64,000 bases of DNA, from positions 1,947 to 65,946 of the forward strand of contig JAFTMI010000011.1 in assembly GCA_017452505.1 (NCBI GenBank), in the 5' to 3' direction. The notes beneath the pieces were generated by a model. It had not been told where the DNA came from, did no database searches, and saw only the letters and a program-made list of their open reading frames with translations. The stretch is from Oscillospiraceae bacterium (GTDB taxonomy: Bacteria > Bacillota > Clostridia > Oscillospirales > Oscillospiraceae). Shown here piece by piece: positions 1 to 12,221 of this stretch. Position numbers and translations under genes: made by a program. The first letter of the stretch is position 1. Every line of letters starts with the position of its first letter.

Positions 1-1236
1 GTGTGTATGCCCGACAGAGGCACTATGTTCACCGGCCTGTGGAAGATTCTCAAAAGTCCCGCCAAGTTCTATACCAGCGTGGGCGGCTATGCAGCTACCT
101 TCCTGAATATGGGTCTGGTTGCCGCCATTATGACCCTTTTGTTCTGCGTCACCGGCGCAACCGTTAATAATGTGTCTACCCTGGCATTTCTGCTGACCCT
201 GGGCTTCTGCTCCTGGGGCATCAATGTGCTGAATATGTGGCCCACCATGTTGGGTGTTGCAGTGGTTACCCTGCTGAAAAAGCAAAAGCTGGGCGCCAAT
301 GTAAATGCAATGCTCTTTACCACCGGTGTTGCGCCCTTTTTTTCCAATCTGCTGGTGTGCTATCCCAATGCAGAAACCGTCGGCTTCAACTGGCTGGGCT
401 TAGGGTTAGCTTTGGTTATGGGCCTGATTGTGGGTGTGGTAGTAACTGCCGGCCTTCCCCATTCTCCCAATGTGCACAAGGGTATGAATCTTTACTCTGC
501 CGCATTGCCTGTGGGTATGGTGGCTTTCTTGCTCAACGCCATTTTGTATAAAGTTCCCGGCGTTCCCGGCCCTATTGCCACCGGTGATGCTGCCGTTGCC
601 AGCGCAGCTACCGCCAATATTTTCTACGGCGCGCTGTTCGGCCTGTTCATTCTGGTGGCGCTCCTGATGGGTGCAGCCAAGGACTACTGGAAGCTGCTGA
701 CAAACCGCAACCAGGTGGCAAATGTTTCCGGCACCTGCGGCAACGGCGTATTCTTAATGAATGCCGGCGTTTACGGTCTGTTCATTTTGGCTTACTACAA
801 TGCCATCGGCGCAACCTTCAACAGCGTGCAGCTGGGTCTTATTTTCTGTATGCTCTGCACCTGTAATTCCGGCTCTCGCCCCACCAATGTATGGCCCATT
901 ATGGCCGGCTATGTGGTGGCATCCTTCGGCGCAAAGTATTACGCCCAATGGATGGGCGGCGATTTCTCCCTGCAGATCAACGCAGCCGCTATCTGCATTG
1001 GCCTTTGCTATGCCAACGGCCTGAGCCCCATTGCTGACAAGTACGGTTGGCAGTATGCCTTCGTGGGTGGTATGATCCACTACGTTTTTGTGACCCTTGT
1101 TCCCAGTCTCCACGGCGGTGCCTGCCTGTACAACGGTGGCTTCACGGCTATCTTCGTGTGCATCATTTTGGTGCCTGTTCTGGAAAAATTCTGCAAGACC
1201 AAGGAAGAACGCAAGCTCGCCAAAGCTGCAAAGTAA
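1..1236 (+). CDS. DUF1576-like multi-pass membrane protein (probably 5'-truncated by the window edge)
   Basis: Hydrophobic 411-aa ORF with repeated HKGMNLYSAA / HGGACLYNGGF motifs typical of DUF1576. Confidence 0.7.
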   Translation: MCMPDRGTMFTGLWKILKSPAKFYTSVGGYAATFLNMGLVAAIMTLLFCVTGATVNNVSTLAFLLTLGFCSWGINVLNMWPTMLGVAVVTLLKKQKLGANVNAMLFTTGVAPFFSNLLVCYPNAETVGFNWLGLGLALVMGLIVGVVVTAGLPHSPNVHKGMNLYSAALPVGMVAFLLNAILYKVPGVPGPIATGDAAVASAATANIFYGALFGLFILVALLMGAAKDYWKLLTNRNQVANVSGTCGNGVFLMNAGVYGLFILAYYNAIGATFNSVQLGLIFCMLCTCNSGSRPTNVWPIMAGYVVASFGAKYYAQWMGGDFSLQINAAAICIGLCYANGLSPIADKYGWQYAFVGGMIHYVFVTLVPSLHGGACLYNGGFTAIFVCIILVPVLEKFCKTKEERKLAKAAK

Positions 1237-1241
1237 ATTGC

Positions 1242-1278
1242 AAAAGGCAACCTCCAAAAGAGGTTGCCTTTTCTTTTT
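1242..1278 (+). terminator. Intrinsic terminator
   Basis: AAAAGGCAACCTC-caaaa-GAGGTTGCCTTTT followed by a T-run. Confidence 0.85.
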
Positions 1279-1318
1279 GGAATATTTACAAAATTGTCTA
1301 TTATTTTCCATCCGGGTG

Positions 1319-1327
1319 TGCTATAAT
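1319..1327 (+). promoter_or_regulatory. Extended -10 sigma-A promoter upstream of the secA leader
   Basis: TGcTATAAT; no well-spaced -35. Confidence 0.55.
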
Positions 1328-1343
1328 GATTAAAATTATGCTC

Positions 1344-1616
1344 TAGCCTGACCAATATAATCCGAACCCGTTCCTGAGCTGCGGGGCAGTCCCAATGCCT
1401 CGTTACCGCTTCTTGAAGGGCGGCAAGCCCATCTGCGAAGCGGTGCCTTGCCTTAGAACCGCCCCGTAGCTCAGGAATCTGCGACCTAAGGGGGATGGAT
1501 GAATGGCTCAGGCGAAGCATAGGAAGCCGATGGGCTGACGCCCATCAATGAATATAATGACGACTGAGCCAATCAGACGCACCCTTAGGCGGGTTCGGAT
1601 TATATTGGCCAGGCTA
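1344..1616. ncRNA. Unassigned ~273-nt structured element (three-way junction) upstream of secA; ncRNA, cis-regulator or MITE-like
   Basis: 27-bp terminal stem 1344-1370/1590-1616 (1 mismatch); 20-bp stem 1371-1390/1458-1477; stems 1485-1492/1582-1589, 1504-1511/1564-1571 and 1529-1535/1540-1546. Confidence 0.6.
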
Positions 1617-1627
1617 AGGAGACCGTT

Positions 1628-4354
<2,727 letters not shown>

Positions 4355-4358
4355 AAAC

Positions 4359-5147
4359 ATGTCTATTATTACAAAAACGCAAGGTTCGTTTGAATATCTT
4401 GTTGCTGAGGGTATTCCTGTTGCCCACGCCTTTACCGGCCGTATAGGCGGCGTGAGCGAGGGGTATCTCAGCAGCCTCAATTTGGGTATGCACCGAGGCG
4501 ACGACCCGGAGAATGTGGCAAAAAACTACGACATCGTGGGAGATGCCCTGGGTTTTTCGCCCAAGAAGTTGGTGCTTGCCAACCAAATCCATTCGGATAT
4601 CGTCCGGGTGGTGACGGAAAAAGATTGTGTGGGCAGCCTGTCCCATCAAGCCTACCCCCAATGCGATGCCCTTGTGACCAATACCCCCGGCGTTGCCCTC
4701 GCCGTATTCTCCGCCGACTGCACCCCCATTTTGTACCATGACCCTGTCACCGGGGCCGTGGGCGCTGCCCACGCAGGCTGGCGGGGCACTGCCGCAGGCA
4801 TTGCCGCCAATGTGGTGGACACCATGGTTGCCGCCTTCGGCTGCAAGCGGTCAGATATCCGGGCTGCCATCGGTCCAAATATCGGCGTTTGCTGCTTTGA
4901 GACCCACGCAGATGTGCCGGAGGCAATGCTTGCCGCTTTGGGTGAGGATGCCAAACCCTATATTTTTCCCCAGGGCGAAAAATTCCGGGTGGACTTAAAG
5001 GGCATCAATGCCCATTTCCTGCGCCGTGCCGGCGTAGAAAACATCGAAATCGCCACGGAATGTACTGTCTGTGAATCTCACCGCTTTTGGTCCCACCGGG
5101 TAACCAAGGGCAAGCGGGGCTCTCAGACCGCTGTGATTATCAGATAA
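4359..5147 (+). CDS. pgeF: PgeF/YfiH family (laccase-domain purine nucleoside phosphorylase)
   Basis: LNLG, QIHS, ADCTP, AHAGWRG, IGP and FWSHR motifs. Confidence 0.92.
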   Translation: MSIITKTQGSFEYLVAEGIPVAHAFTGRIGGVSEGYLSSLNLGMHRGDDPENVAKNYDIVGDALGFSPKKLVLANQIHSDIVRVVTEKDCVGSLSHQAYPQCDALVTNTPGVALAVFSADCTPILYHDPVTGAVGAAHAGWRGTAAGIAANVVDTMVAAFGCKRSDIRAAIGPNIGVCCFETHADVPEAMLAALGEDAKPYIFPQGEKFRVDLKGINAHFLRRAGVENIEIATECTVCESHRFWSHRVTKGKRGSQTAVIIR

Positions 5148-5158
5148 GGAGGTAAGAG

Positions 5159-6703
5159 ATGAAAAAGCTCCTTGCTACAGTTTTGTGCCTGTGTCTTTTG
5201 CTTTGCGGCTGCGGAAAGTCCGGGGGCAATGCCTATACCCCCACCGGCGACGGCTTGGACTACGGCCCGGAACATACCGGTCCGCAAACGACCCCCGAGC
5301 AGAACGATACGCCCGAAAGCTTCAGCCTGGCTTACTACAAGGAAAAGACGCTGAACCCCTACCAATGCAACGATTTTACCAACCGGGCGCTGTTTTCCCT
5401 GCTGTATCAAAGCCTGTTTTCCATTGACCGGGAATACAATGTGCAGCCCCAGCTTTGCAAGAATTACACCGTTTCCCAGGACATGAAGACCTACACCTTC
5501 ACCTTGGAAAACGCAACCTTCTCCGACGGAAAGCCCGTCACCGCCAAGGATGTTGTGGCAAGCCTTACCGCCGCCAAGGAAAGCGATTACTACAAGGGTC
5601 GGTTCTTCCACATCAATGAGATCTCCGTCCAGGGTCAGAGTGTTATCATCACCTTAAATGTGCCATACGAAGACCTGCCCATGCTGCTGGACATCCCCAT
5701 CCTGCCGGAAAGCCAGGTAGGCTCGGAGCGGCCCATCGGCTCCGGCCCTTATGTGCTCCACTCCGCCGCCGTGGGCGACAGCCTGCAAAAGCGGGAAAAT
5801 TGGTGGTGCAAGGCAAAGCTTCCTATCAACGCCAACACCATCACCCTGTTCGCCGCCACCAGCGCAACGGATATCCGGGATCAGTTTGAATTTTCCGATC
5901 TGACTTTGGCCTGCGCAGACCCGGGCAGTGACCGGTATGTTGACTACCGGTGCGACTATGAGCTTTGGGATGCGGAAAACGGCACATTCCTGTACCTGGC
6001 CACCTCCAAGGACAGCGAGGTGTTCCAAAATATCTCTGTCCGCTCTTCACTCACCTATGCCATCGACCGGGCCACCATCGTCAAGGAGTTTTACCGGGGC
6101 TTTGCTGCGGCAGCCACCTTGCCCGCATCTCCCAGCTCTCCCTATTACAGTGATGTTTTAGCCCAGCGCTACAGCTACGATCCAGGGAAATTCTCCCAGG
6201 CCGTGACCATGGCAAATTTAGAGCAGACAGAGGTCATCTTCCTGGTAAACAAGGACGACAGCCTGCGTCTGCGGGTCTCCCGGAGTATTCAAAAGATGCT
6301 CAAAGACGGCGGCCTCAATGTGACCATGAAGGAGCTTAGCGGCAACAGCTATCTCTATGCCCTGAAGAACCGGCAGTACGACATCTATTTGGGACAGACC
6401 CGACTCTCTCCCAATATGGATCTGTCCGCCTTCTTCCACACCTACGGCGAACTGAGCTGGGGTGGCGTGAACGATGTGGGCACATACGCTTTGTGCCTGC
6501 AGGCTTTGGAAAACCACGGCAACTACTTCACCCTCCACAAGCAGATCATGGATCAAGGCCTGCTGATTCCCGTCCTGTTCCGCAATTACGCCATCTTTAC
6601 CGACCGGGGCGTGATCCCTGATTTAGCTCCTGCCCGGGACAATCTGTTCTACTATTCCACCGGCAAGACCCTGGAAAATGCAAAACTGGAAACAAAAGAA
6701 TAA
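5159..6703 (+). CDS. ABC transporter substrate-binding lipoprotein, family 5 (peptide/nickel)
   Basis: Lipobox LCGC; ATFSDGKPVTAKDV, PIGSGPY and AIDR motifs. Confidence 0.85.
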   Translation: MKKLLATVLCLCLLLCGCGKSGGNAYTPTGDGLDYGPEHTGPQTTPEQNDTPESFSLAYYKEKTLNPYQCNDFTNRALFSLLYQSLFSIDREYNVQPQLCKNYTVSQDMKTYTFTLENATFSDGKPVTAKDVVASLTAAKESDYYKGRFFHINEISVQGQSVIITLNVPYEDLPMLLDIPILPESQVGSERPIGSGPYVLHSAAVGDSLQKRENWWCKAKLPINANTITLFAATSATDIRDQFEFSDLTLACADPGSDRYVDYRCDYELWDAENGTFLYLATSKDSEVFQNISVRSSLTYAIDRATIVKEFYRGFAAAATLPASPSSPYYSDVLAQRYSYDPGKFSQAVTMANLEQTEVIFLVNKDDSLRLRVSRSIQKMLKDGGLNVTMKELSGNSYLYALKNRQYDIYLGQTRLSPNMDLSAFFHTYGELSWGGVNDVGTYALCLQALENHGNYFTLHKQIMDQGLLIPVLFRNYAIFTDRGVIPDLAPARDNLFYYSTGKTLENAKLETKE

Positions 6704-6707
6704 CACT

Positions 6708-6737
6708 GCCCCCAACGGGTTTCCCGTTGGGGGTCTT
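6708..6737 (+). terminator. Probable terminator hairpin
   Basis: GCCCCCAACGGG-ttt-CCCGTTGGGGGT. Confidence 0.7.
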
Positions 6738-6761
6738 GCTTTGCCAATTTTCGGCAAAAGG

Positions 6762-6790
6762 TTGCATTCACTAAAACAATATGCTATAAT
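6762..6790 (+). promoter_or_regulatory. Sigma-A promoter of the polysaccharide cluster
   Basis: TTGCAT-17 nt-TATAAT with TG extension. Confidence 0.75.
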
Positions 6791-6872
6791 GGCAAGGACT
6801 ATAATTGCTGATAATATGCGTACCTGACGATACCTTGCTATATAAAGAAAAATAAGAGAGTAGGTAACTGCT

Positions 6873-8267
6873 ATGAATTGTAAAAAACATTCCGTTTCCG
6901 GCATAAAAGGCTTGATTCGCGGCCTGGAGGGCTTGACGGAAGTTGTAGCTCTGACATTCCTTTACTTTTCCTTCTGGTCAGACGATTATAACAATCTGCA
7001 CATTCTGTCCGCTTTTGGCGGCTACGGACACTGGATCATTATCGCGATCTACGCCGCGCTGACTATGGTATTGCTCTCGGCCTTTGACGGCCTGCTGTTC
7101 GGCTACTTGCGGATGTCCGATATGCTTTTATCCCAGTCACTGAGTATGCTCATCGTCAACTTTGTCACCTACTGGCAGCTGTGCCTGATCGGCGATGCTC
7201 TGCTGCCCGCCACGCCTATGGTAAAGCTGATGATTGCCGATGTGGTGCTGATCTTTGCCTGCGTGTACTTCTACACCTGGATCTACCACAAGATCTATGC
7301 TCCCAAGAAGATGGCTATGGTCATCGGCCGCCGGAATGCGATCTCCTTGAAGTTCAAGATGGAGACCCGGCCCGACAAATACCATATCGAAAAAATCATC
7401 GATGCTGATGACAATTTTGCCAGCATCTGCATGCAGCTTGACGGATATGAGTCCGTCATCATCAACGACGTTCCCGCGGAGATCCGCAACCGGATTCTCA
7501 AATACTGCTATGAGCATGAGATCCGCACCTATGTGACCCCCAAGCTTTCCGATATCATTGTCCGGGGCTCTACGGATATCACCCTGTTTGACACCCCCCT
7601 GCTTTTGGTGAAGGGCACCGGTCTGACCCCTATGCAGCGGTTCTTCAAACGGGTTTTGGATCTGGCCATCTGCATACCCGCAGCCATCATTACATCGCCC
7701 ATTATGCTGGTAACCGCCATTGCCATCAAAATTGAGGACGGCGGCCCTGTGTTCTTCAAGCAGGCCCGGGCTACCCTCCACGGCGATGTGTTCAACATTC
7801 TCAAGTTCCGCAGTATGATCGTGGATGCGGAAAAGGAAGGCTATGCCATCCCCGCCACCGACAAAGACCCCCGCATTACCAAGGTGGGCAACATTATCCG
7901 GCCCTGCCGTATTGATGAGCTGCCCCAGCTGCTGAACATCATCAAGGGCGATATGAGCATCGTTGGCCCCCGTCCCGAGCGGGTGGAGCATATGGAAAAG
8001 TACTCCGAGGAGATTCCCGAGTTTATTTACCGCACCAAGGTCAAGGGCGGCCTCACCGGCTATGCCCAGATCTACGGCAAGTACAACACCTCTGCCTACG
8101 ATAAGCTCCGCCTGGATCTGATGTATATTGAAAACTACTCCATTATCCAGGATCTGAAGCTGATCTTCCTGACCCTGCGGATCCTGTTCAAGAAAGAAAG
8201 CACCGAGGGCTTCGACGCCCAAAACGAAAACGCCACTAAGGAAGAGGATGCTGTTGCAAGCAAATAA
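6873..8267 (+). CDS. Priming polyprenyl-phosphate glycosylphosphotransferase (sugar transferase)
   Basis: N-terminal TM helices; KFRSM, DPRITKVG, DELPQ and MSIVGPRPE motifs. Confidence 0.93.
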   Translation: MNCKKHSVSGIKGLIRGLEGLTEVVALTFLYFSFWSDDYNNLHILSAFGGYGHWIIIAIYAALTMVLLSAFDGLLFGYLRMSDMLLSQSLSMLIVNFVTYWQLCLIGDALLPATPMVKLMIADVVLIFACVYFYTWIYHKIYAPKKMAMVIGRRNAISLKFKMETRPDKYHIEKIIDADDNFASICMQLDGYESVIINDVPAEIRNRILKYCYEHEIRTYVTPKLSDIIVRGSTDITLFDTPLLLVKGTGLTPMQRFFKRVLDLAICIPAAIITSPIMLVTAIAIKIEDGGPVFFKQARATLHGDVFNILKFRSMIVDAEKEGYAIPATDKDPRITKVGNIIRPCRIDELPQLLNIIKGDMSIVGPRPERVEHMEKYSEEIPEFIYRTKVKGGLTGYAQIYGKYNTSAYDKLRLDLMYIENYSIIQDLKLIFLTLRILFKKESTEGFDAQNENATKEEDAVASK

Positions 8268-8281
8268 ATCTTCCCCGGAGG

Positions 8282-9280
8282 ATGCAAATGCGTAACAAAA
8301 AAGTATTGATGTTTGGCCCGTCTTATTTTGGATATGCCGAATGTATCATCGCGCAGATGGAAGCTATGGGCGCGCAAGTGGATTTCTACAATGACCGCCC
8401 CAATAACAGCGGCCTTTGCAAAGCCCTGGTCCGCTACCAGGTGAAGGCCTATTATCCCACCGTGGTTGCCCATTATACCAATGCGGCAGAGGAAAACAAG
8501 GATAAGGACTACGATTTCATCTTCGTGATCAAAAGCGAATGCGTGGACGCTAATATTATGAAAATGCTCCGGGAGCATTTCCCCAGAGCCAAGTGCATTC
8601 TCTATATGTGGGACGGTTTGCACAACATTCCCCACGGCACGGAACGGCTGTGTCTTTATGACCGGGTGCTGACCTTTGACCATGAGGATGCAGAAAAGTA
8701 CGGTCTGATCCTGCGGCCGCTGTTCTTCCGGAAAGAATACGCAAAGCCCTCCGCAGAGCCCGACCACTACGATTACGATGTTTCCTTCATCGGCACGGCT
8801 CACTCCATCCGCCCCAAGATGGTAAACGCCATCGAAAATATTTGCCACGCCGAGGGCAGAAAGTGCTATAAATACCTGTTCCTGCCCAGCAAGCTGGTGT
8901 ATTTTTACAACAAGCTGTTCAACAAGGCCTACCGCCATGTCCGCAAGGGGGATATTCATTTCACCTCTATCAGCGCCGACGAGGTACGCCGCATTTACGA
9001 TACCAGCCGGTGCATTTTGGATGTGGAGCATGTGTCCCAGCGGGGACTGACCATCCGCACCATCGAGATGATCGGCATGGGCAAAAAGCTCATCACCACC
9101 AACACCGGCATCAAAAAGTACGATTTCTACAACCCCAAAAACATTCTCATTCTCGACCGGGATAACCCCCAAATTCCCCTGGAATTTTGGGACAGCGCCT
9201 ATGAGCCGATCCCGCAAGAGATTATTAACCGATACTCCCTGGAGTCTTTTGTCCGGGAGCTGTTCGAAGTGAAGGAGTAA
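8282..9280 (+). CDS. Putative glycosyltransferase (capsule/LPS biosynthesis family)
   Basis: LYMWD, SFIGT, QRGLTIRTIE and KKLITTN motifs; cluster context. Confidence 0.65.
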   Translation: MQMRNKKVLMFGPSYFGYAECIIAQMEAMGAQVDFYNDRPNNSGLCKALVRYQVKAYYPTVVAHYTNAAEENKDKDYDFIFVIKSECVDANIMKMLREHFPRAKCILYMWDGLHNIPHGTERLCLYDRVLTFDHEDAEKYGLILRPLFFRKEYAKPSAEPDHYDYDVSFIGTAHSIRPKMVNAIENICHAEGRKCYKYLFLPSKLVYFYNKLFNKAYRHVRKGDIHFTSISADEVRRIYDTSRCILDVEHVSQRGLTIRTIEMIGMGKKLITTNTGIKKYDFYNPKNILILDRDNPQIPLEFWDSAYEPIPQEIINRYSLESFVRELFEVKE

Positions 9281-9283
9281 ACC

Positions 9284-10123
9284 ATGAGCAAAGTTTTAGT
9301 CACCGGCGCTAACGGCTATATCGGCACCTGCGTAGTGGCAGAATTGCAAAAGCGTGGCTGCCAGGTCGTGGCCTGCGATGTGGCCTTTACCAATCTCCCC
9401 GGCAATGTGGATAAGCTGGCAGCTGATATCTTTGACCCGGATGTGGACATCTACAATTTAGCCGGTCAGCCCGATTGCCTTATCCACTTGGCTTGGCGCA
9501 ACGGCTTTCAGCACAATGCCGATACCCACCTGCAGGATCTGCCCCACCATTTTGCTTTCCTAAAGAAGATGATAGAGGCCGGCTGCAAGCAGCTGTCCGT
9601 CATGGGCAGTATGCATGAGGTGGGCTACTGGGAAGGTGCGATCACCGCTGATTCTCCCACCAATCCTCTGTCCCTTTACGGCATTGCCAAGAATTCCCTT
9701 CGGCAGGCCTTGGAGGTCTTTACCAAGGGTAAGGATGTAAGCTTCCACTGGCTCCGGGGCTACTATATTTACGGCAATGACGCCAAGAGCAGCTCCGTAC
9801 TGGGTAAGATCCTGGCCGCCGACAAAGAAGGCAAGGAGCTGTTCCCCTTCACCTCCGGCAAAAATCTTTACGACTATATTAGCGTTACAGAGCTGGCCCG
9901 GCAGATCGTGGCTGCCTCTCTGCAAGATAAATACACCGGCATCATCAACTGCTGCTCCGGTGTTCCCATCAGCTTAGCTGAAATGGCTGAGAAATTCATC
10001 CGGGAAAACGGTCTTAAGATCAAGCTCCAGTACGGCGCATTCCCGGACAGACCCTATGACTCTCCCGGCGTATGGGGCGATGCCTCTCTGATTCAGAAAA
10101 TTTTGGCAGAATGTGAGGAATAA
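9284..10123 (+). CDS. tll: NAD-dependent epimerase/reductase, dTDP-6-deoxy-L-talose synthase (Tll)-like
   Basis: TGANGYIG, HLAWRNGFQHN, GSMHEVGY, YGIAK and FPDRPYDS resemble Tll as I recall it. Confidence 0.7.
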   Translation: MSKVLVTGANGYIGTCVVAELQKRGCQVVACDVAFTNLPGNVDKLAADIFDPDVDIYNLAGQPDCLIHLAWRNGFQHNADTHLQDLPHHFAFLKKMIEAGCKQLSVMGSMHEVGYWEGAITADSPTNPLSLYGIAKNSLRQALEVFTKGKDVSFHWLRGYYIYGNDAKSSSVLGKILAADKEGKELFPFTSGKNLYDYISVTELARQIVAASLQDKYTGIINCCSGVPISLAEMAEKFIRENGLKIKLQYGAFPDRPYDSPGVWGDASLIQKILAECEE

Positions 10124-10126
10124 GCT

Positions 10127-10693
10127 GTGGCCAATCGGTACAGTCCTTCGGAATTTATCAAAAATTGCTGGGCGCTTTTCTGCACCAAGCTTTTCTACCG
10201 GCCTGCCCGGCTGGTGAGAAGACCGGTCTATATCCGGGGCAAGCAGGGTATGACCTTCGGCCCGGGCTTTACCACCGGCTATCGCTGCCGCTTTGAAATG
10301 TTCGGCAAGGGAAAAACCCTGCAAATCGGCAAAAACTGCAAATTGGGTGACTATGTACATATCACCGCATCGGAATCCGTTACCATCGGTGACGATTGTC
10401 TGTTCGCCAGCCATATTTTCATCAGCGATACCAACCATGGCACTTTGCAGGATGACCCCACCACCGCCCCGGACAGCCGTCCGCTGACCACCCAACCGGT
10501 TTGTATCGGCAGCAAGGTTTGGCTGGGCGAGAATGTGGCAGTCCTGCCCGGCGCTAAGATCGGTGACGGCTGTGTCATCGGCGCTCACGCAGTGGTCAAG
10601 GGCGAGATCCCCCCTTACACCATGGCTGTGGGCTCTCCGGCAAAGCCTGTGAAGAAATATAATTTTGAAACCAAAGTATGGGAGCGTTGCTGA
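10127..10693 (+). CDS. Hexapeptide-repeat (LbH) O-acetyltransferase
   Basis: IGSKVWLGENVAVLPGAKIGDGCVIGAHAVV and GSPAK. Confidence 0.9.
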   Translation: MANRYSPSEFIKNCWALFCTKLFYRPARLVRRPVYIRGKQGMTFGPGFTTGYRCRFEMFGKGKTLQIGKNCKLGDYVHITASESVTIGDDCLFASHIFISDTNHGTLQDDPTTAPDSRPLTTQPVCIGSKVWLGENVAVLPGAKIGDGCVIGAHAVVKGEIPPYTMAVGSPAKPVKKYNFETKVWERC

Positions 10694-10694
10694 T

Positions 10695-11414
10695 ATGGCA
10701 AGTATTTCCGTAGCCATGGCCGTTTACAACGGCGAAACCTATCTTCCCGAGCAGCTGGACTCTATTTTGTCCCAGCTGGAGCCCCAGGACGAGATCGTGA
10801 TCTCTTACGATAAGTCGCGGGACGGTACTTGGCAGCTGATCCAGTCTTACAAAGAAAAATATCCCCAGGTCCGGGTGCTGGAAAATACCCATCCCGGTAT
10901 CAATGGGAATTTCAATAATGCCATTGCCGGCTGCACCGGCGATTACATCTTCATCTGTGACCAGGACGACCGCTGGGCAGAGAACAAGCGCAGCGCCGTT
11001 TTGGAAACCTTTGAGAAAACCGGCGCGGATATGGTGATCCACAACGGTGTCCATATTAACACCCAGGGCGAAGTCATTTCCGAGCCTTTCTTTACCCTTT
11101 ACCGCATCGGTGACGGCAAGCTGAAGAACATTTTGAAGCCCCGTTACAGCGGCTGCTGCACCGCCTTCACCCGGGCTATGGCAGAAAAAATTATGCCCAT
11201 GCCCATGAACCTGGATGCCTACGATCACTGGATCGGCACTGTGGGCGAATTTATGGGCAAGATTGCCTACGAGGACCGGATCTTGCTCTACCACCGGCTC
11301 CACGATAACAATGTGACCCCCGTGAGCACCCGTTCTTTGAAAGTGATCTTGAAAGCAAGATGGACGCTTTTACAGAATCTTCGCCGGCGGATCCGCCGTG
11401 AAAGGAGAAAATAA
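10695..11414 (+). CDS. Glycosyltransferase family 2
   Basis: SVAMAVYNGE and FICDQDD; start moved to the ATG at 10695. Confidence 0.9.
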   Translation: MASISVAMAVYNGETYLPEQLDSILSQLEPQDEIVISYDKSRDGTWQLIQSYKEKYPQVRVLENTHPGINGNFNNAIAGCTGDYIFICDQDDRWAENKRSAVLETFEKTGADMVIHNGVHINTQGEVISEPFFTLYRIGDGKLKNILKPRYSGCCTAFTRAMAEKIMPMPMNLDAYDHWIGTVGEFMGKIAYEDRILLYHRLHDNNVTPVSTRSLKVILKARWTLLQNLRRRIRRERRK

Positions 11415-11415
11415 T

Positions 11416-12204
11416 ATGTCCTTTGCGGCCGCTGTGGTTATCTATAACACCGCCTGCCAAGACAGCCCCACCTGCCGGGCACTGGAGAAACTCTCCGGCA
11501 TTACCGTTCTCATTTATGACAACAGCACCCGGGATTTCGGAAACCGGGAATACTGCGAGAAGGCCGGCTGGGTCTATTTGGGGGGACAGGGCAATTTGGG
11601 CCTGTCCAAGGCATATAATGCCTGTATCGACTACTTAAAAGGCAAGCCTGTGGCAGATATGCTCTGCCTGTTCGACGATGATACCGATTTAGAGCCCGCT
11701 TACTTCGATGCTTTGGAAAAAGCCCGGGCCCAGGGTGGCCGAATCTTCGTGCCCACCGTTTTTGCCGGCGGCTCTTTGATTTCTCCCTGTATTCTGGATT
11801 CCGGCCACAAAGTTCGGACATTTGCCAGTGAGGAAGAAGCCAGGGCCTACACCGGTGAGAAGCTTAGCGCCATCAATTCCTGTATGGCCATTGATTTGGA
11901 GATTTTTGACGATTTCCGCTACGATGAAAATATTTTCTTAGACGGCATAGACCACAATTTTACCCAGGCGATGAAAGCCCGGGGCGAAAAGATCACCATA
12001 ATAGATTACCGCTGCAACCATGCCTTCTCCGGTGTGGAAACGCCCCCCATGGCCTCGGCTTTGGTGCGTTTCAAGATCTATGCCAAGGATTACGCTTATA
12101 TTTTGCGGGATAACAAAGCCGCCTACTACCGCTTGGTTGGCAAGCGGGCTTTGCGGCTGACTGCCCGGTACAAGACCCTTGCCTTTTTGAAGGCTATGCG
12201 ATAA
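11416..12204 (+). CDS. Glycosyltransferase family 2 (rhamnosyltransferase-like)
   Basis: VVIYN, DNS, NLGLSKAYN, LFDDD and FLDGID; RBS AAGGAG. Confidence 0.85.
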   Translation: MSFAAAVVIYNTACQDSPTCRALEKLSGITVLIYDNSTRDFGNREYCEKAGWVYLGGQGNLGLSKAYNACIDYLKGKPVADMLCLFDDDTDLEPAYFDALEKARAQGGRIFVPTVFAGGSLISPCILDSGHKVRTFASEEEARAYTGEKLSAINSCMAIDLEIFDDFRYDENIFLDGIDHNFTQAMKARGEKITIIDYRCNHAFSGVETPPMASALVRFKIYAKDYAYILRDNKAAYYRLVGKRALRLTARYKTLAFLKAMR

Positions 12205-12221
12205 AGATTGTGAGGACCAAT

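Noticed and set aside
1344-1616. Assignment of the secA leader to SRP RNA, RNase P, tmRNA, 6S or the raiA motif
   Set aside because: TCAGG...AGGAAG only loosely resembles SRP helix 8; no GAGGAAAGTCC, no tRNA-like ends and no raiA consensus recognised on either strand
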